NCBI GenBank assembly: GCA_026770705.1
Contig: JANJGN010000012.1
Span: forward strand, 112,282,001-112,346,000
Direction: 5' to 3'
Source: Isurus oxyrinchus
Taxonomy: Eukaryota
DNA: 64,000 nucleotides
Shown: positions 35,924-49,099 of the stretch, piece after piece
Layout of the letters: each line of letters opens with the position of its first letter
Position numbering within the stretch: position 1 is the first letter of the stretch
The notes under the pieces: model-generated
Database searches by the model: none
What the model saw: the letters and a program-made list of their open reading frames with translations, nothing else
What the model was told of the DNA's origin: nothing
Translations under genes and position numbers: made by a program

Positions 35924-37480
35924 CATAAGACATAGGAGCAGGAATTAGGCCATTCGGCCCATTGAGTCTGCCCCGCCATTCAATCTTGGCTGATAAGTTT
36001 CTCAACCCCATTCTCCCGTCTTCTCCCCAAACCTTTGATCCCCTTACCAATCAAGAACCTATCTATCTCAGTCTTAAATACACTCAATGACCTGGGCTCC
36101 ACAGCTTTCTGTGGCAATGAATTCCATAGATTCACCACTCTCTGGCTAAAGAAGTTTCTCCTCATCTCTGTTCTAAAAGGTCTTCCCTTTACTCTGAGGC
36201 TGTGCCCTCGGGTCCTAGTCTCTCCTACTAATGGGAACATCTTCCTCACGTCCGCTCTATCCAGGCCTTTCAGTATTCCGTAAGTTTCAATCAGATCCCC
36301 CCCTCATCCTTCTAAACTCCATCGAGTATAGACCTAGAGTCCTCAAACGTTCCTCATATGTTAAGCCTTTCATTCCTGGGATCATTCTCGTGAACCTCCT
36401 CTGGATCCTCTCCAGGGCCAGCACATCCTTCCTGAGATACGGGGCCCAAAATTGCTCACAATATTCTAAATGCGGCCTGACCAGAGCCTTATAAAGCCTC
36501 AGCAGGACATCCCTGCTTTTATATTCTAGTCCTCTCGAAATAAATGTCAACATTGCATTTGCCTTCCTAACTACCGACTCAACCTGCAAGTTAACCTTAA
36601 GAGAATCCTGGACTAGGACTCCCAAGTCCCTTTGCACTCCAAATTTCTGAATTCTCTCCCCATTTAGAAAATAAACTATGCCTCTATTCTTCCTACCAAA
36701 GTGCATGACTTCACACTTCCCCACATTGTATTCCATCTGCCACTTCTTTGCCCATTCTCCTACCCTGTCCAAATCCTTCTGCAGTCTCCCCACCTCCTCA
36801 ATACTACCTGTCTCTCCACCTATCTTTGTATCATCTGCAAACTTAGCCAGGATGCTCTCAGTTCCTTCATCTAGATCATTAATGTACAAAGTGAAAAGTT
36901 GTGGTCCCAACACTGACCCCTGCGGAACTCCACTAGTCACCGGCCGCCATCCTGAGAAGGACCCCCTTATCCCCACTCTCTGCCTCCTGCCAGACAGCCA
37001 ATCTTCTATCCACGCTAGTACCTTGTCTCTAACACTGAGCAGCCTCCTGTGCGGCACCTTGTCAAAGGCCTTCTGGAAGTCCAAGTCGATAACATCCATT
37101 GGCTCAACCTACTCGTTACCTCCTCAAAGAATTCTAACAGATTTGTCAGGCATGACCTCCCCTTGATGAAACCATGCTGACTTTGCCTGATTTTACCACG
37201 CACTTCCAAGTATTCTGAAATCTCATCCTTAATAATGGACTCTAAAATCTTACCAACAACCGAGGTCAGGCTAATCGGCCTGTAATTTCCTGTCTTTTGC
37301 TTCACTCCCTTCTTAAACAGGAGGGTTACATTAGCAATTTTCCAGTCCTCTGGGATCCTCCCTGACTCCAGTGATTCCTGAAAGATCACCACTAACGCCT
37401 CCACTATCTCTTCAGCTATCTCCTTCAGAACTCTGGGGTGTAATCCATCTTGTCCAGGTGATTTATCCACCTTCAGACCT
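35924..37480 (-). mobile_element. Young 5'-truncated CR1 LINE (RT and 3' UTR)
   Basis: LDFQKAFDKVPH, GVPQGSVLGPQLF, KFADDTK, KSPGQDGLHPRVLKE; CpG-rich, little decayed. Confidence 0.95.
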
Positions 37481-38603
37481 TTCACAACACTCTGATATCT
37501 GCATTCATCTAATTCTGGCCTCTTTAGCATTCCCAATTTTAATCGCCCTACCATTGGTGGCCATTCTTTCAGTTGACTAGGTCCTGAGCTCTGAAATTCC
37601 CTCTCTCTGTCTCTTTGCCTCTGGATCTTGCTTTTCTCTTTCATGACACTCCTTAAAACCTACCTCTTTGACCAAGCTTTTGATCATCTGACCTAATATC
37701 CCCTTAAGTGGCTTGTTGTTACTTTTTTTGTAACACGGTTTTATTATGTAATCGGCATTATGTAAATTTAAGTTGTTTCAAAATGCATCTTAAGTTTGTA
37801 GATCAATGTAACACTGGAGCAGATTGATTTTTGATATGCCCTGCCTGGCGTTAACAGAATGATAATGTCCTCAAAACAGGGTCTGTAGCCTTAGTGTCTT
37901 GTTAACAACGTGGCTGCCCAGTGTTTAAAAGGGACCTACTTTTTGAATATGAAAATCAAGGATCTATGATGTAATCAAGAACCCAATTGTCATTTTCAGT
38001 TGGAATAAGCACTGTGCAGGCTCGGATCAAATCCAGAGGTAATGAAATTGAAGATGCCCAAAGGTAAGTTTAAAATTAGTTTTGTGAGACTCGAAACACT
38101 ACAAAAATAAGCAAGGTCACTGCTGTCCTGGGACACCTGTTCCTGCAATCCTGAGTTCCGGGGTAGCAGCCAGAGCAGTCTCAATCAAGCGAGCATCAGG
38201 GCACCTTTTGGGCACCCTGCAGCTCATATAGTCCAATGCAAAGTCTCCTTATTTTGAATGTGGTTAACTTGCTGGCAACAAAGTCTAAATCAACTCTTGG
38301 GAGTGCTGCATTGTTTGAAATTGTTTGGTTGTGACATTAAACTGAAACCCCATCTGTCTGTTCAGTCAGTTGTTAAAGATTCCATGGCAGTATTTGAAGG
38401 AGAGCATGGAGTCTCCAGCCAAACATTCCAACTTCAAATAACACAATCACAAACAAATTAACTGCTTGCTGCAGTTGGTGGGATCTTTCTGTACACAAAA
38501 TTACTTTTGTATTTACCCACATAACCAAAATGTACAGTGTGTTTCATTCCTTGCGAAGCTTTTTCAGAAGTTTTGTAGACATGATAAGCTGTTATATAAA
38601 CAA

Positions 38604-39828
38604 AACAAAAACAGAATTTCCTGGAAAAACTCAGCAGGTCTGGCAGCATTGGCGGAGAAGAAAAGAGTTGACGTTTCGAGTCCTCAACACCCTTCGACAG
38701 AACTTGATTTCGAGTCCAAGAAAGAGTTGAAATATAAGCTGGTTTAAGGTGTGTGTGTGGGGGGCGGAGAGATAGAGAGAGAGAGAGGTGGTTGTGTGGA
38801 CAAACAAGCAGTGATAGAAGCAGATCATCAAAAGATGTCAGCGACAATGGTACAAAAGAACACATAGGTGTTAAAGTTAAAGTTGGTGATATTATCTAAA
38901 CGAATGTGCTAATTAAGAATGGATGGTAGGGCACTCAAGGTACAGCTCTAGTGGGGGTGGAGGGAGCATAAAAGATTTTAAAATATTTAAAAATAATGGA
39001 AATAGGTGGGAAAAGAAAAATCTATATAATTTATTGGGAAAAAAAAAGGGGGAAACAGAAAGGGGGTGGGGATGGGGGAGGGAGCTCACGACCTAAAGTT
39101 GTTGAATTCAATATTCAGACCGGAAGGCTGTAAGGTGCCTAGTTGGAAGATGAGGTGTTGTTCCTCCAGTTTGCGTTGGGCTTCACTGGAACAATGCAGC
39201 AAGCCAAGGACAGACATGTGGGCAAGAGAGCAGGGTGGAGTGTTAAAATGGCAAGCGACAGGGAGGTTTGGGTCATTCTTGCGGACAGACCGCAGGTGTT
39301 CTGCAAAGCGGTCGCCCAGTTTACGTTTGGTCTCTCCAATGTAGAGGAGACCACATTGGGAGCAATGAATGCAGTAGACTAAGTTGGGGGAAATGCAAGT
39401 GAAATGCTGCTTCACTTGAAAGGAGTGTTTGGGCCCTTGGACGGTGAGGAGAGAGGAAGTGAAGGGGCAGGTGTTACATCTTTTGCGTGGGCATGGGGTG
39501 GTGCCATAGGAGGGGGTTGAGGAGTAGGGGGTGATGGAGGAGTGGACCAGGGTGTCCCGGAGGGAGCGATCCCTACGGAATGCCGATAAGGGGGATGAAG
39601 GGAAGATGTGTTTGGTGGTGGCATCATGCTGGAGTTGGCGGAAATGGCGGAGGATGATCCTTTGAATGCGGAGGCTGGTGGGGTGATAAGTGAGGACAAG
39701 GGGGACCCTATCATGTTTCTGGGAGGGAGGAGAAGGCATGAGGGCGGATGCGTGGGAGATGGGTCGGACACGGTTGAGGGCCCTGTCAACGACCATGGGT
39801 GGAAAACCTCGGTTAAGGAAGAATCTCT
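38604..39828 (-). mobile_element. Young 5'-truncated Penelope-like (Poseidon-type) retroelement: GIY-YIG endonuclease plus pseudo-LTR
   Basis: ORF 39086-39796 NLVYCIHCSQCGLLYIGETKRKLGDRFAEH...PSGLN; TSD CTGTTATATAAACAA at 38589-38603 and 39829-39843. Confidence 0.93.
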
Positions 39829-41339
39829 CTGTTATATAAACAACCTTTTGTCAACTTAAATGAATCTATTCCATGATTTGTGGATTAAGGAAATCACACA
39901 ATACTAACATGTTTCTGTTTAAATTTTGTCAAAGATCCATATTCTAAAATATATGTCTATACACAGTATTGCTTATCAACTGAAATACCACATGACTTGT
40001 TTTAATATAATGGAATTATTTACTCTGGTCTGAATATCTTAATCAAATATGTTTTCTGCTTAGTGCAAAATCTTCTGTTAATATGTTCACAGGAGAACTG
40101 TTGATTCTGTTTGGAAATTAAGACTAAGGTTACCTCAATGCAATATCTTGGTTTACTACAGGAATACTGGATACTGAATCCTCAATGGTATTTTGATAAA
40201 ATTCCAAATGGCTCATTTGTCCTACAGCTCTGAGTCTGCAGCTTTTGTAATGCTCAGATCCTGTGTACTTCAATTATTTGGTAAAATGGATGCCTAGCAT
40301 GAGTGGCTCAATGGTGGAGGATTTGCTAAATGATTTGTTCTAAGAAGTTTACATTATGTTATTGTGACAGCTATATTTATTATTTTAAGTCATCATTCTA
40401 TTTTTGTGAGCCCAGTGTCTTAACTTTTTTTAGTCGTTGAACGTTGACTTTTTTCTGGCTAGCTTGCTGTTTTGGCTTTAGAACAGTGCCATTTTAAAGT
40501 CACCCTGTTTTTATGTAGTTCCCATTTCAGCTGGGGAAAGAGTTGGATGGATAAGAATATATCCAAAGCCGCCACCAAAATAGCTCCATGTCGGCCTTTT
40601 GTGGTAAGCCTTGACTTGTTGATCATTATTTTCCTCGCTGACGCATTTCCCCAGTACTGTTTCAATTGTGGAAATACAAGTTATCCTATCATTATATCGG
40701 ATGCTAATCTATCAGGTCCTATTATTTCATCTCTGAATGCAAAAATTATGCCTGAGATACTGTTGGTGCATTTTTATGCAACATTTTGCAACTTTTTCAT
40801 ATTTAAGCAATAATACTGTGGTACTATGGTTGTATAGTGTTGGTGTTCAATAAATAATATTATATATTAAGCTTTTAGTATTCATGCTTTTTTCCACACA
40901 GCATGTTCACTAAACAGAGACTAAGTCCTGCCACAAAATGGACTGGAATGAATAATTGGATGATAGATTATTCCCAAAAGTTAGGAAAAATTGAGCAGAG
41001 GCTTGGAAATAGTTTGTCTCATACATGCATTTGGCCCGGAAACAATGTGAGAAGGAGTTGGAAATAAAAATACATGATAGCTCATGGTGTCATCATTTAA
41101 CTATATCTGTATAGTTTGTAAAGATGGATACCAGCAGAACACTGTAGTATGTGATCTGTAGTTGATTGTTGCAAGTTAATTTACTTAGTTGGTAGCATTC
41201 TTACTTTTTGAGTCAGGCGATTGTGGCTTCAAACCCTAGTCCAAACCTTGCCCATGTAACCTAGACAGAGACTTTAATATGGTGCTGAAGAGTGGTGGAT
41301 TGCCACAGGTCATCTTTTAGGTGGGATTTTAAAAATATA

Positions 41340-41812
41340 TTTCACAGGATGCAGGTGTAGCTGGCTAGTTCAGCATTTGTTGCCCATCCCTAATTGCCCT
41401 TGAGAAGGTGATGGTGAGTCACCTTCTTGAATCGCTGCCGTCCATGTAGGTACTCTCACAGTACTGTTAGGAAGGGAGTTCCAGGATTTTGAACCAACAA
41501 CAGTGAAAGAATAGTGATATAGTTCCAAGTCAGGATGATGTGTGGCTTGGAGGGGAACTTGGAGGTGGTGGCGTTCCCATGCATTTGCTGTCCTTGTCCT
41601 CCTAGGTGGTGATGGTGTGCATTTGGAAGGAGTTGTTGAAGGAACCTTGGTGAGTTGCTGCACTGCATCTTGTAAGTCAATGGTGGAGTGAGTGAATGTT
41701 TAAGATGGTGGATGGGGTGTCAATCAAGCGGGCTGCTTTGTCCTGGATGGTTGTGCTTCTTGAGCGTTGTTGGAGCTGCACTCATTCAGGCAATTCCATC
41801 ACATCCTGACTA
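41340..41812 (-). mobile_element. 3' fragment of the tRNA-headed LINE family, apparently inserted in an older SINE (41180-41960)
   Basis: Colinear with 16735-17210. Confidence 0.8.
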
Positions 41813-43439
41813 TGATAAATGAAGGCCTGTCTGCCTGTTCTGCCAGTTCAGTTAGGCATAAAAGAGCTAATGGTACTATTTGAAGAGCAAATTTTCTACC
41901 TTAGCCAATTCCACCAAAGATTTGCCTAATTATTCACCTCCTTGCCCAAAATAGCTGGTAATATTGCTTACTTGGCTGTCTGGCATTTTTTATAAACCTG
42001 ATTTTTCATCAGCTTGGAGTTATGCTAACCTGGATTTAGACAGTGTGAGACTACTAGAGATGGTCTTGGATATCTTGGCCTTAATGTGCTTGGCAATCAG
42101 ATTGCCCTGCATTGATGCCAAGGCAGTAGCATAGCAATACAATTTGATAAGATGCATTGTCGGGCCTGGTACTGAGCTGTATACAATATTCCAAGTATGC
42201 TATTTTTCCTAATGCTGAATTGGTTCATCCCAACTGGAGTAGCAATCCAGGTGCTTTCACTGATCTGTGCATCATTGAATTAAGGAGGGAAAAATGACCG
42301 AAGATTGTTTCCATCCTGATTGTTATCCAGTTACTTTTGCTGGAAAGTCTGTTTGGCCAACACAGGATGGGACTTTAATGTGATACATTCCATGGTCGAT
42401 TAGTCTGCACTTGGAAAGGTTATGTGTAGAGCAGTGTTGTCTAATACTCTTTCCACTTGCCACATGGCAAATCGGTCACAGACTTTTTTTTGAGTTATGC
42501 AGTATTGAGTTGTGTTAAAGTAGCAGTGATAAGTCTAATTATAGGTGTCACTTACTAGACTGTTATTTGTCTTCCATCCCTGATTGAACAAGGAAGAGAA
42601 TCCAGTGACACAGAATGCCAACTGAATAACTTGGTATTGTTCAGTTGGTACTTAGCAGTTTTCACAAAACAGGTGAGGTACACGAATGAAGCACAGTGCT
42701 GCATGACTGCCAATGAGGGTTGAAATGTATAAATTTGGCAGGCTGGGAAAAATGTGTTCAACTCTCATCTTATTAGATCTGTTGAAATGAGAAATTGAAA
42801 GGATTGGATGCTACTGGAGTATAAGGAGAGATTACAGGAGGTTGACCATAAGCAAAATGCCCATTAAATGTAGGAAAATGTCAGGTGACCAAATGTAAAC
42901 AAAGCATGAGTCAGAACACAAAAGCCAATATTCAGAAATGTGTTGATTCTTTTCTCTTCCTGACTCTTCTAATATACCAACTCTGATAAAACAGACAGTT
43001 TACTCTCGAAGAAATTTGTTTTTTTTTAAAATAAATTAGAACAGAACATTCGGTTAACAGATTGTCACCACTCTTTGGGAATGTATGCAGCAAACTTACT
43101 TTACAGAACAGTTGGATTGCAAAACCCTTTAGAAGTTGTTCTGGCTCTGGCAGGGAGTGTATCGATCTGACTGTTTAAAACCTGAAACCTGATTTCAAAA
43201 GATTATGCATTTGTTTTATTAATGTATATATTTTGTATGATGACCTCATCATCCACAGTCGACCATGGGGTAGTAACCAGTATGAATCAGTCCATTCAGG
43301 ATACAAAATTAGGGAGACAAATAAGATAAAGATAGCTGACGGTATAATACATTATTGAAATAAGATTTTTGCTTGTGATTGTTATTCCAGCGTGTCCTTC
43401 AACAGGCATGAGTTTCCCTTTGCTCTTAGTAACCTTTGT

Positions 43440-43670
43440 TCCAGATTTAAAGCTTTTGTAAACAGCTGGTTGTGCGCATGCACGGCGCCACCATCTTCTG
43501 TTCTTCAAACCCGTTTGCCAAACGAATGTGGAAATGAAGAGAAATTAACAGAAGCGGACGGAGAAATTGACGAGCAGCGCCGCAGCTTGTCGCTGGGGAA
43601 GTTTCACATAACCATTGGCTGATCGGGACAGGCTCCATACTTTAACCCAATCGCAGAAGACTGGATTTAA
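43440..43670. promoter_or_regulatory. Orphan promoter-like CpG-rich island
   Basis: NRF1-like TGCGCATGCAC, YY1-like CCACCATCTT, ATTGG at about 43614 and CCAAT at about 43647; retained CpGs in an otherwise depleted region. Confidence 0.5.
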
Positions 43671-44568
43671 TAAACTCAGTGCATGACATTTTGAGACTGA
43701 AAAATAAAGCAAAAAGTAAAAAATAAAAACGGGAAGGGAGAAGTTTACATTGCATGTAAAAGAGAATCAACAACTCAGAGAGAAAAAAAAAACTTCGGGA
43801 GCCTAATTTTAAATGGGTGAGATGTAGTTATAAAGAAACGTTCGGATGGAAACCTTGGGCTTAATTAGTAATCACAAATTGTAGCTTCATTTTATAAATG
43901 CAATAATCAAGTAAAACAGTCACTAGTGATTGTAAAAGGCGTATTTGTATGTATGTAATATTGGCGCCTCTTTATATTACGTGGCTATCCTGCTCTGGAT
44001 TTTTATCGTCAAGTTCTGTTGCTCTTTCAACTGATGTGTGTTTTTTTTACAGTTTGGAGCTGGCTGGGGCTTGAACCATAACTACTGCACCTCCTAGTTG
44101 CCTGCTGGCAAAGAGCCAGCTTCACAGATGTAGGCTGTAGTGTAGCTGTTTTTTTCCGAGGCTTTCTCACATTATACAGATTGGAGATTCGTGTGGGATA
44201 TGCTTTTGTTCACTTTTGTACTGTATGTATGATAAGTAGAATTGTGTTGGAGTGGAATAGCTTCGGTTTTTAATTTTCCGGTGACTTCAGAACGTTTGCA
44301 CTTCGATTTCTAATCCTGCTATTAGTGAAGATCAGAGCTTTATCAAAACCATCAATTAATATTTTAATTTTTAAAAAATCTTACATTTTGCACAGTAAAA
44401 ATAGAAAATGCTGGAAATATTCAGCAGGTCATGTGGAAAAAAGAAACAGAGTTAACGCCGGTGGCCTGAGCAGTTCTGATTTTCAGTATCTGCAGTATTT
44501 TGCTCTTACACCTGTTTCCTTTCTAGCTGGGGTCAATACAATGACAATAGAAGCCATCCTATTAGCAA

Positions 44569-45625
44569 AACAAAAACAGAATTACCTGGAAAAACTCAGC
44601 AGGTCTGGCAGCATCGGCGGAGAAGAGTTGACGTTTCGAGTCCTCATGACCCTTCAACAGAACTAGGTGAATCCAAGGAAGGGGTGAAATATAAGCTGGT
44701 TTAAGGTGTGTGTGTGTGTGTCTGGGGAAGGGGGCGGGGGGGGGGGGGGATAGCGGGGAGGAGAGAAGTGGAGGGGGGGGTGTGGTTGTAGGGACAAGCA
44801 AGCAGTAATAGAAGCAGATCATCAAAAGATGTCACCGACAACAGAACAAAAGAACACATAGGTGTTGAAGTTGGTGATATATATCTAAACAAATGTGCTA
44901 ATTAAGAATGGATGGTTGGGGAATTAAGGTATAGCTCTAGTGGGGGTGGGGGAGCATAAAAGATTTAACATATTTAAAAATAATGGAAATTGGTGGGAAA
45001 AGAAAAATCTATATAATTTATTGGAAAAAACAAAAGGAAGGGGGAAGAAACAGAAAGGGGGTGGGGATGGAGGAAGGAGTTCAGGACCTAAAGTTGTTGA
45101 ATTCAATATTCAGTCCGGAAGGCTGTAAAGTGCCTAGTCGGAAGATGAGGTGTTGTTCCTCCAGTTTGCGTTGGGCTTCACTGGAACAATGCAGCAAGCC
45201 AAGGACAGACATGTGGACAAGAGAGCAGGGTGGAGTGTTAAAATGGCAAGCGACAGGGAGGTTTGGGTCATTTTTGCGGACAGACCGCAGGTGTTCTGCA
45301 AAGTGGTCGCCCAGTTTACATTTGGTCTCTCCAATGTAGAGGAGACCGCATTGGGAGCAACGAATGCAGTAGACTAAGTTGGGGGAAATGCAAGTGAAAT
45401 GCTGCTTCACTTGAAAGGAGTGTTTGGGTCCTTGGACGGTGAGGAGAGAGGAAGTGAAGGGGCAGGTGTTACATCTTTTGCGTGGGCATGGGGTGGTGCC
45501 ATAGGTGGGTGTTGAGGAGTAGGGGGTGATGGAGGAGTGTCCTGGTCCACTGAGTTTTTCCAGGTAATTCTGTTTTTGTTTTGGATTTCCAGCATCCGCA
45601 GTTTTTTGTTTTTATTTTTTTGTTT
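44569..45625 (-). mobile_element. Young Penelope-like copy with a short inverted pseudo-LTR tail
   Basis: GIY-YIG ORF 45081-45410; inverted tail 45550-45625; TSD CCATCCTATTAGCAA at 44554-44568 and 45626-45640. Confidence 0.93.
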
Positions 45626-45896
45626 CCATCCTATTAGCAAGGTCACTGATAAAATGCGTCAACTTCTGTTTCATTGTAGGTGACTCCAGGAATTTTACTG
45701 GGATTGAATCCCGTTTCCTATGGAAACTATAAATTGCTGGACAAGATATCGAAGCAAAAGCAAAGCAATCACAGAGAACGTCTGATAAAGGGGCAATTTA
45801 CTGAAAATAAATGCTGGCTGGTATTTTGAAAGGAAGCGAGCAGACAATTGGGCCAATGAAGGAACCAATTGGGGTCAAGTTTCCGATGCCTCCGGG

Positions 45897-48183
45897 ATAG
45901 AAAATAGGAGCAGGAGTAAGCCATTCAGCCCTCCAGCCTGCTCGGACATTCAATATGATTGTGGCTGATCCTCTATCTCAACTCCATATTCCCACTTTCT
46001 CTCCATACCCTTTGATGCCCCTAATATCCAAAAAATTATCAATTTCTTTCTTGAATATACTCAGTGACCTGATCTTCACAGCCTTCTATGGTAGAGAATT
46101 CCACAGGTTGACCACTCCCTGAGTGAAAAAATGTTTCCTCATCTCAGTCCTAAATGGCCTATCCCATATCCTGAGCCTGTGGCCCCTGGTTCTAGACTCC
46201 CCAACCAGGGGAAACATCCTCCCTGCATCTAGTCTGTCTAGCCCTGTTAGAATTTTATACATTTCAATCAGATCCCCTCTTATTCTTCTAAACTCTAGTG
46301 AATAAAGGCCCAGTCAAACCAATCTCACCTTATATAACAGTTCTCCCATCCCCGGTATCAGCCTAGTGAACATTTGCTGCAATCCCTTTATGGAAAGTAT
46401 ATCCTTTCTTAGGTAGGGAGACCAAAACTGCATGTAATAATCCAGGTGTGGTCTCACCAAGGCCTTATATAACTGCTATAAGATATCCCTACTTCTGAAC
46501 TCAAATCCTCTTGCAATGAAGGCCAAAATACCATTTGTCTTCCTAATTGCTTGCTGCACCTGTCTGTTCACTTTCATTGACTGGTGTACAAGGACACCCA
46601 GATCCCTTTGTACATCCACATTTCCCAATATATCACCATTTATATAATACACTGCCTTTCTGTTTTTCACACTGAAGCGTATAACTTTACATTTACCCAC
46701 GTTATACTGCATCTGCCATGTGTTTGCCCACATACACAATTTGTCTAAATCACCCTGAATCTTTCTTGCATCCTTCTCACAACTCACAACCCCGCCCAGT
46801 TTTGTGTCACCAGTAAATTTGGAAATATTACATTTGGTTTCCTCATCCAAGTCATTTATGTATATCGTGAATAGCTGGGGCCCAAGCACTGATCCCTGCA
46901 GTACACCACTAGTCACCGCCTGCCACTCGGAAAAAGACCCATTTATTCCCCCTCTCCGTTTCTGGTCTGTCAACCAATTCTCAATCCATACCAGTATATT
47001 ACCCCTGATCCCATATGCTTTACTTTTGCCCACTAACCTCCTATGTAGGACCTTATCAAAAGCCTTCTTGAAATTCAAATATACCACATTCACTGGTTCT
47101 CCCTTATCTATTATACTAGTTACATCCTCAAAAAACTTCAGTAGATTAGTTAAGCATGATTTCCCTTTCATAAACCCATGTTGACTTTGTCTAATCCTGT
47201 TAATGCTTTCCAATTGTTCTGTTACCACATCTTTCCCCACTGATGTTAGGCTAACTGGTTTGTAATTCTCTGTTTTTTCTCTCCCTCCTTTTTTAAATAG
47301 ATTATATTTGCCACCCTCCAATCTGTCGGAACTGCTCCAGAGTCTATTGAATTTTGGAAGGTGATCACCAGTGCACCCAATATTTCCAGGGCCACTTCCT
47401 TTAGTACTCTAGGATGTAGATTATCATGCCCTGGGGATTTTTCAGTCTTTAACCCCATTAATTTCTCTAGCATCATTTTTTTACTAATACTGATTTTCTT
47501 CAATTCCTCCCTCTCACTAGACCCTTGGTTCCCTAACATTTCTTGGAAATTATTCATGTCCTCTTTTGTGAGGACAGAACCAAACTATGTGTTCAATTTG
47601 TCTGCCATTTCTTTGTTCCCCATTATAATTTCCCCTGTGTCTGACTATAAAGGACCTACATTAGTCTTTGCTAACCTTTTTCTTTTCACATATTTATAGA
47701 AGCTTTTACAATCAGTTTTTATGCTCCCTGCAAGATTACTCTCATATTCAATTTTCCCCATCTTGATCAATCTTTTGTACACCTTTGCTGAATTCTAAAC
47801 TGCTTCCAGTCCTCAGGCTTGCTGCTTTTTCTGGCAATTTTATATGTCTCCTCTTTGGGTCTAATACTATCCCTAATTTCTTTTGTAATCCATGGTTGAG
47901 CCACCTTTCCTGTTTTATTTTTGTGCCAGACAGGAATGAATAATTGTTGTAATTCATGCATACATTCCTTAAATATTAGCCATTGCCTATCCACCTCTAA
48001 CCCTTTTAGTAAGGTTCCCCAATCCATCATTGCCAACTTGTGCCTCATACCCTCATAGTTCCCTTTATTTAGATTCAGGGCCCTAGTTTTGGATTCAACT
48101 TCTTTATTCTCCATCTTAATGGACAATTCTATCATTTTAGGGTCGCTCTTCCTCAAGGGACTCTGCTCAACAAGATTGTTACT
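45897..48183 (-). mobile_element. CR1 LINE (EN end, RT and 3' UTR), decayed
   Basis: SQHGFMKGKSCLTNLL, YLNFKKAFDKV, SGVLQGSVLGPQLF, KSPGHDNLHPRVLKE. Confidence 0.92.
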
Positions 48184-49099
48184 TTACCACCCCACCCTTC
48201 CTGCCATCCATCACTCAAACCACAACTTTGTGCTCTTGTGTCGTTTTCGTTTCAGAAACCCAAGTAGTTGAACCGGCCACATTTTGGAGAAACACCAGGA
48301 AGGCAGTAATGGTGAAGACACAGCATTGTCACTTGATTTTACAGTCGCAGCCACCAACTCAGATATTGACATTATGTGTACCTTAGAGGATAATTTAGAG
48401 CTGGAATCTGCACATGGTGAGATACCAGGCACGTGAGTGGATATCAGACAGGGCAGGGGACAGGGATAGCTCAGGTGCCAGTCTGTCGGAGGACGAGGTC
48501 ATACAAGGGCTCTCCTGCAGAGGATTTAATTATGGACTTTGATGGTGCAACTTACAGAAGGATGCCAATGGGCATGGATAACAAAATGCTTGGTTCAGTG
48601 GTCATGGTCAATGTTAAAGATCATGGAGGAGTCCAACACCTGCTTGATTCAGAGTTTTCTGCAGGTTGGACTCCAACTTTTCCAGCATGGAAATAGGTGT
48701 CTAATTTTGTTTGCATAGTTGTGGACCCAACCAGGTTGTTGCATCTGTTGGCCAATGTTGCAGCTTCTATTTCAGCACAAGAAGAGGCCACCTTATCTCT
48801 GAGTGCTGCAGTGGAAGCTCGGTTACTGTCATGTAAGGTCAGCTTGATGCCATTGTGTCTGTGGATTACCCCACTGAGCATTGGGGTTTGCAGGGTATCA
48901 TAAGAGTCCAGCAATGTGCCCTCCAGCATATTGCAAGAATTGCTGAGGTGCCACCCTGGGAATTCATTTATAAATTTTATTTGGGATGTTTATTTAATGG
49001 TGGCTTTTATTTATGCAATGTCATCAAGTACACCTAGCTTCAGGGAATCAAGAAATCAAATAAGGAATTCATAAGGAATTGCTTTACTCAGCTGATGAT

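Larger units (their letters stand above)
34560..37778 (+). mobile_element. L2-type LINE, host to two younger insertions
   Basis: TEMALIKVTNYVL...VLLDLCASFDVVDNAILL; IFDPKLSFQPCI..ITKTIYFHL; 3' tail ending ...atgtaaatttaagttgtt. Confidence 0.8.

Noticed and set aside
44053-44130. Hairpin ending in ACA (H/ACA-like), or an alternative ppdpf last exon
   Set aside because: No H box or first hairpin; a better ppdpf terminal exon with poly(A) signals exists at 32483.
48190-48960. Several 70-100 aa ORFs
   Set aside because: They look like a decayed transposon accessory region; no supportable product.
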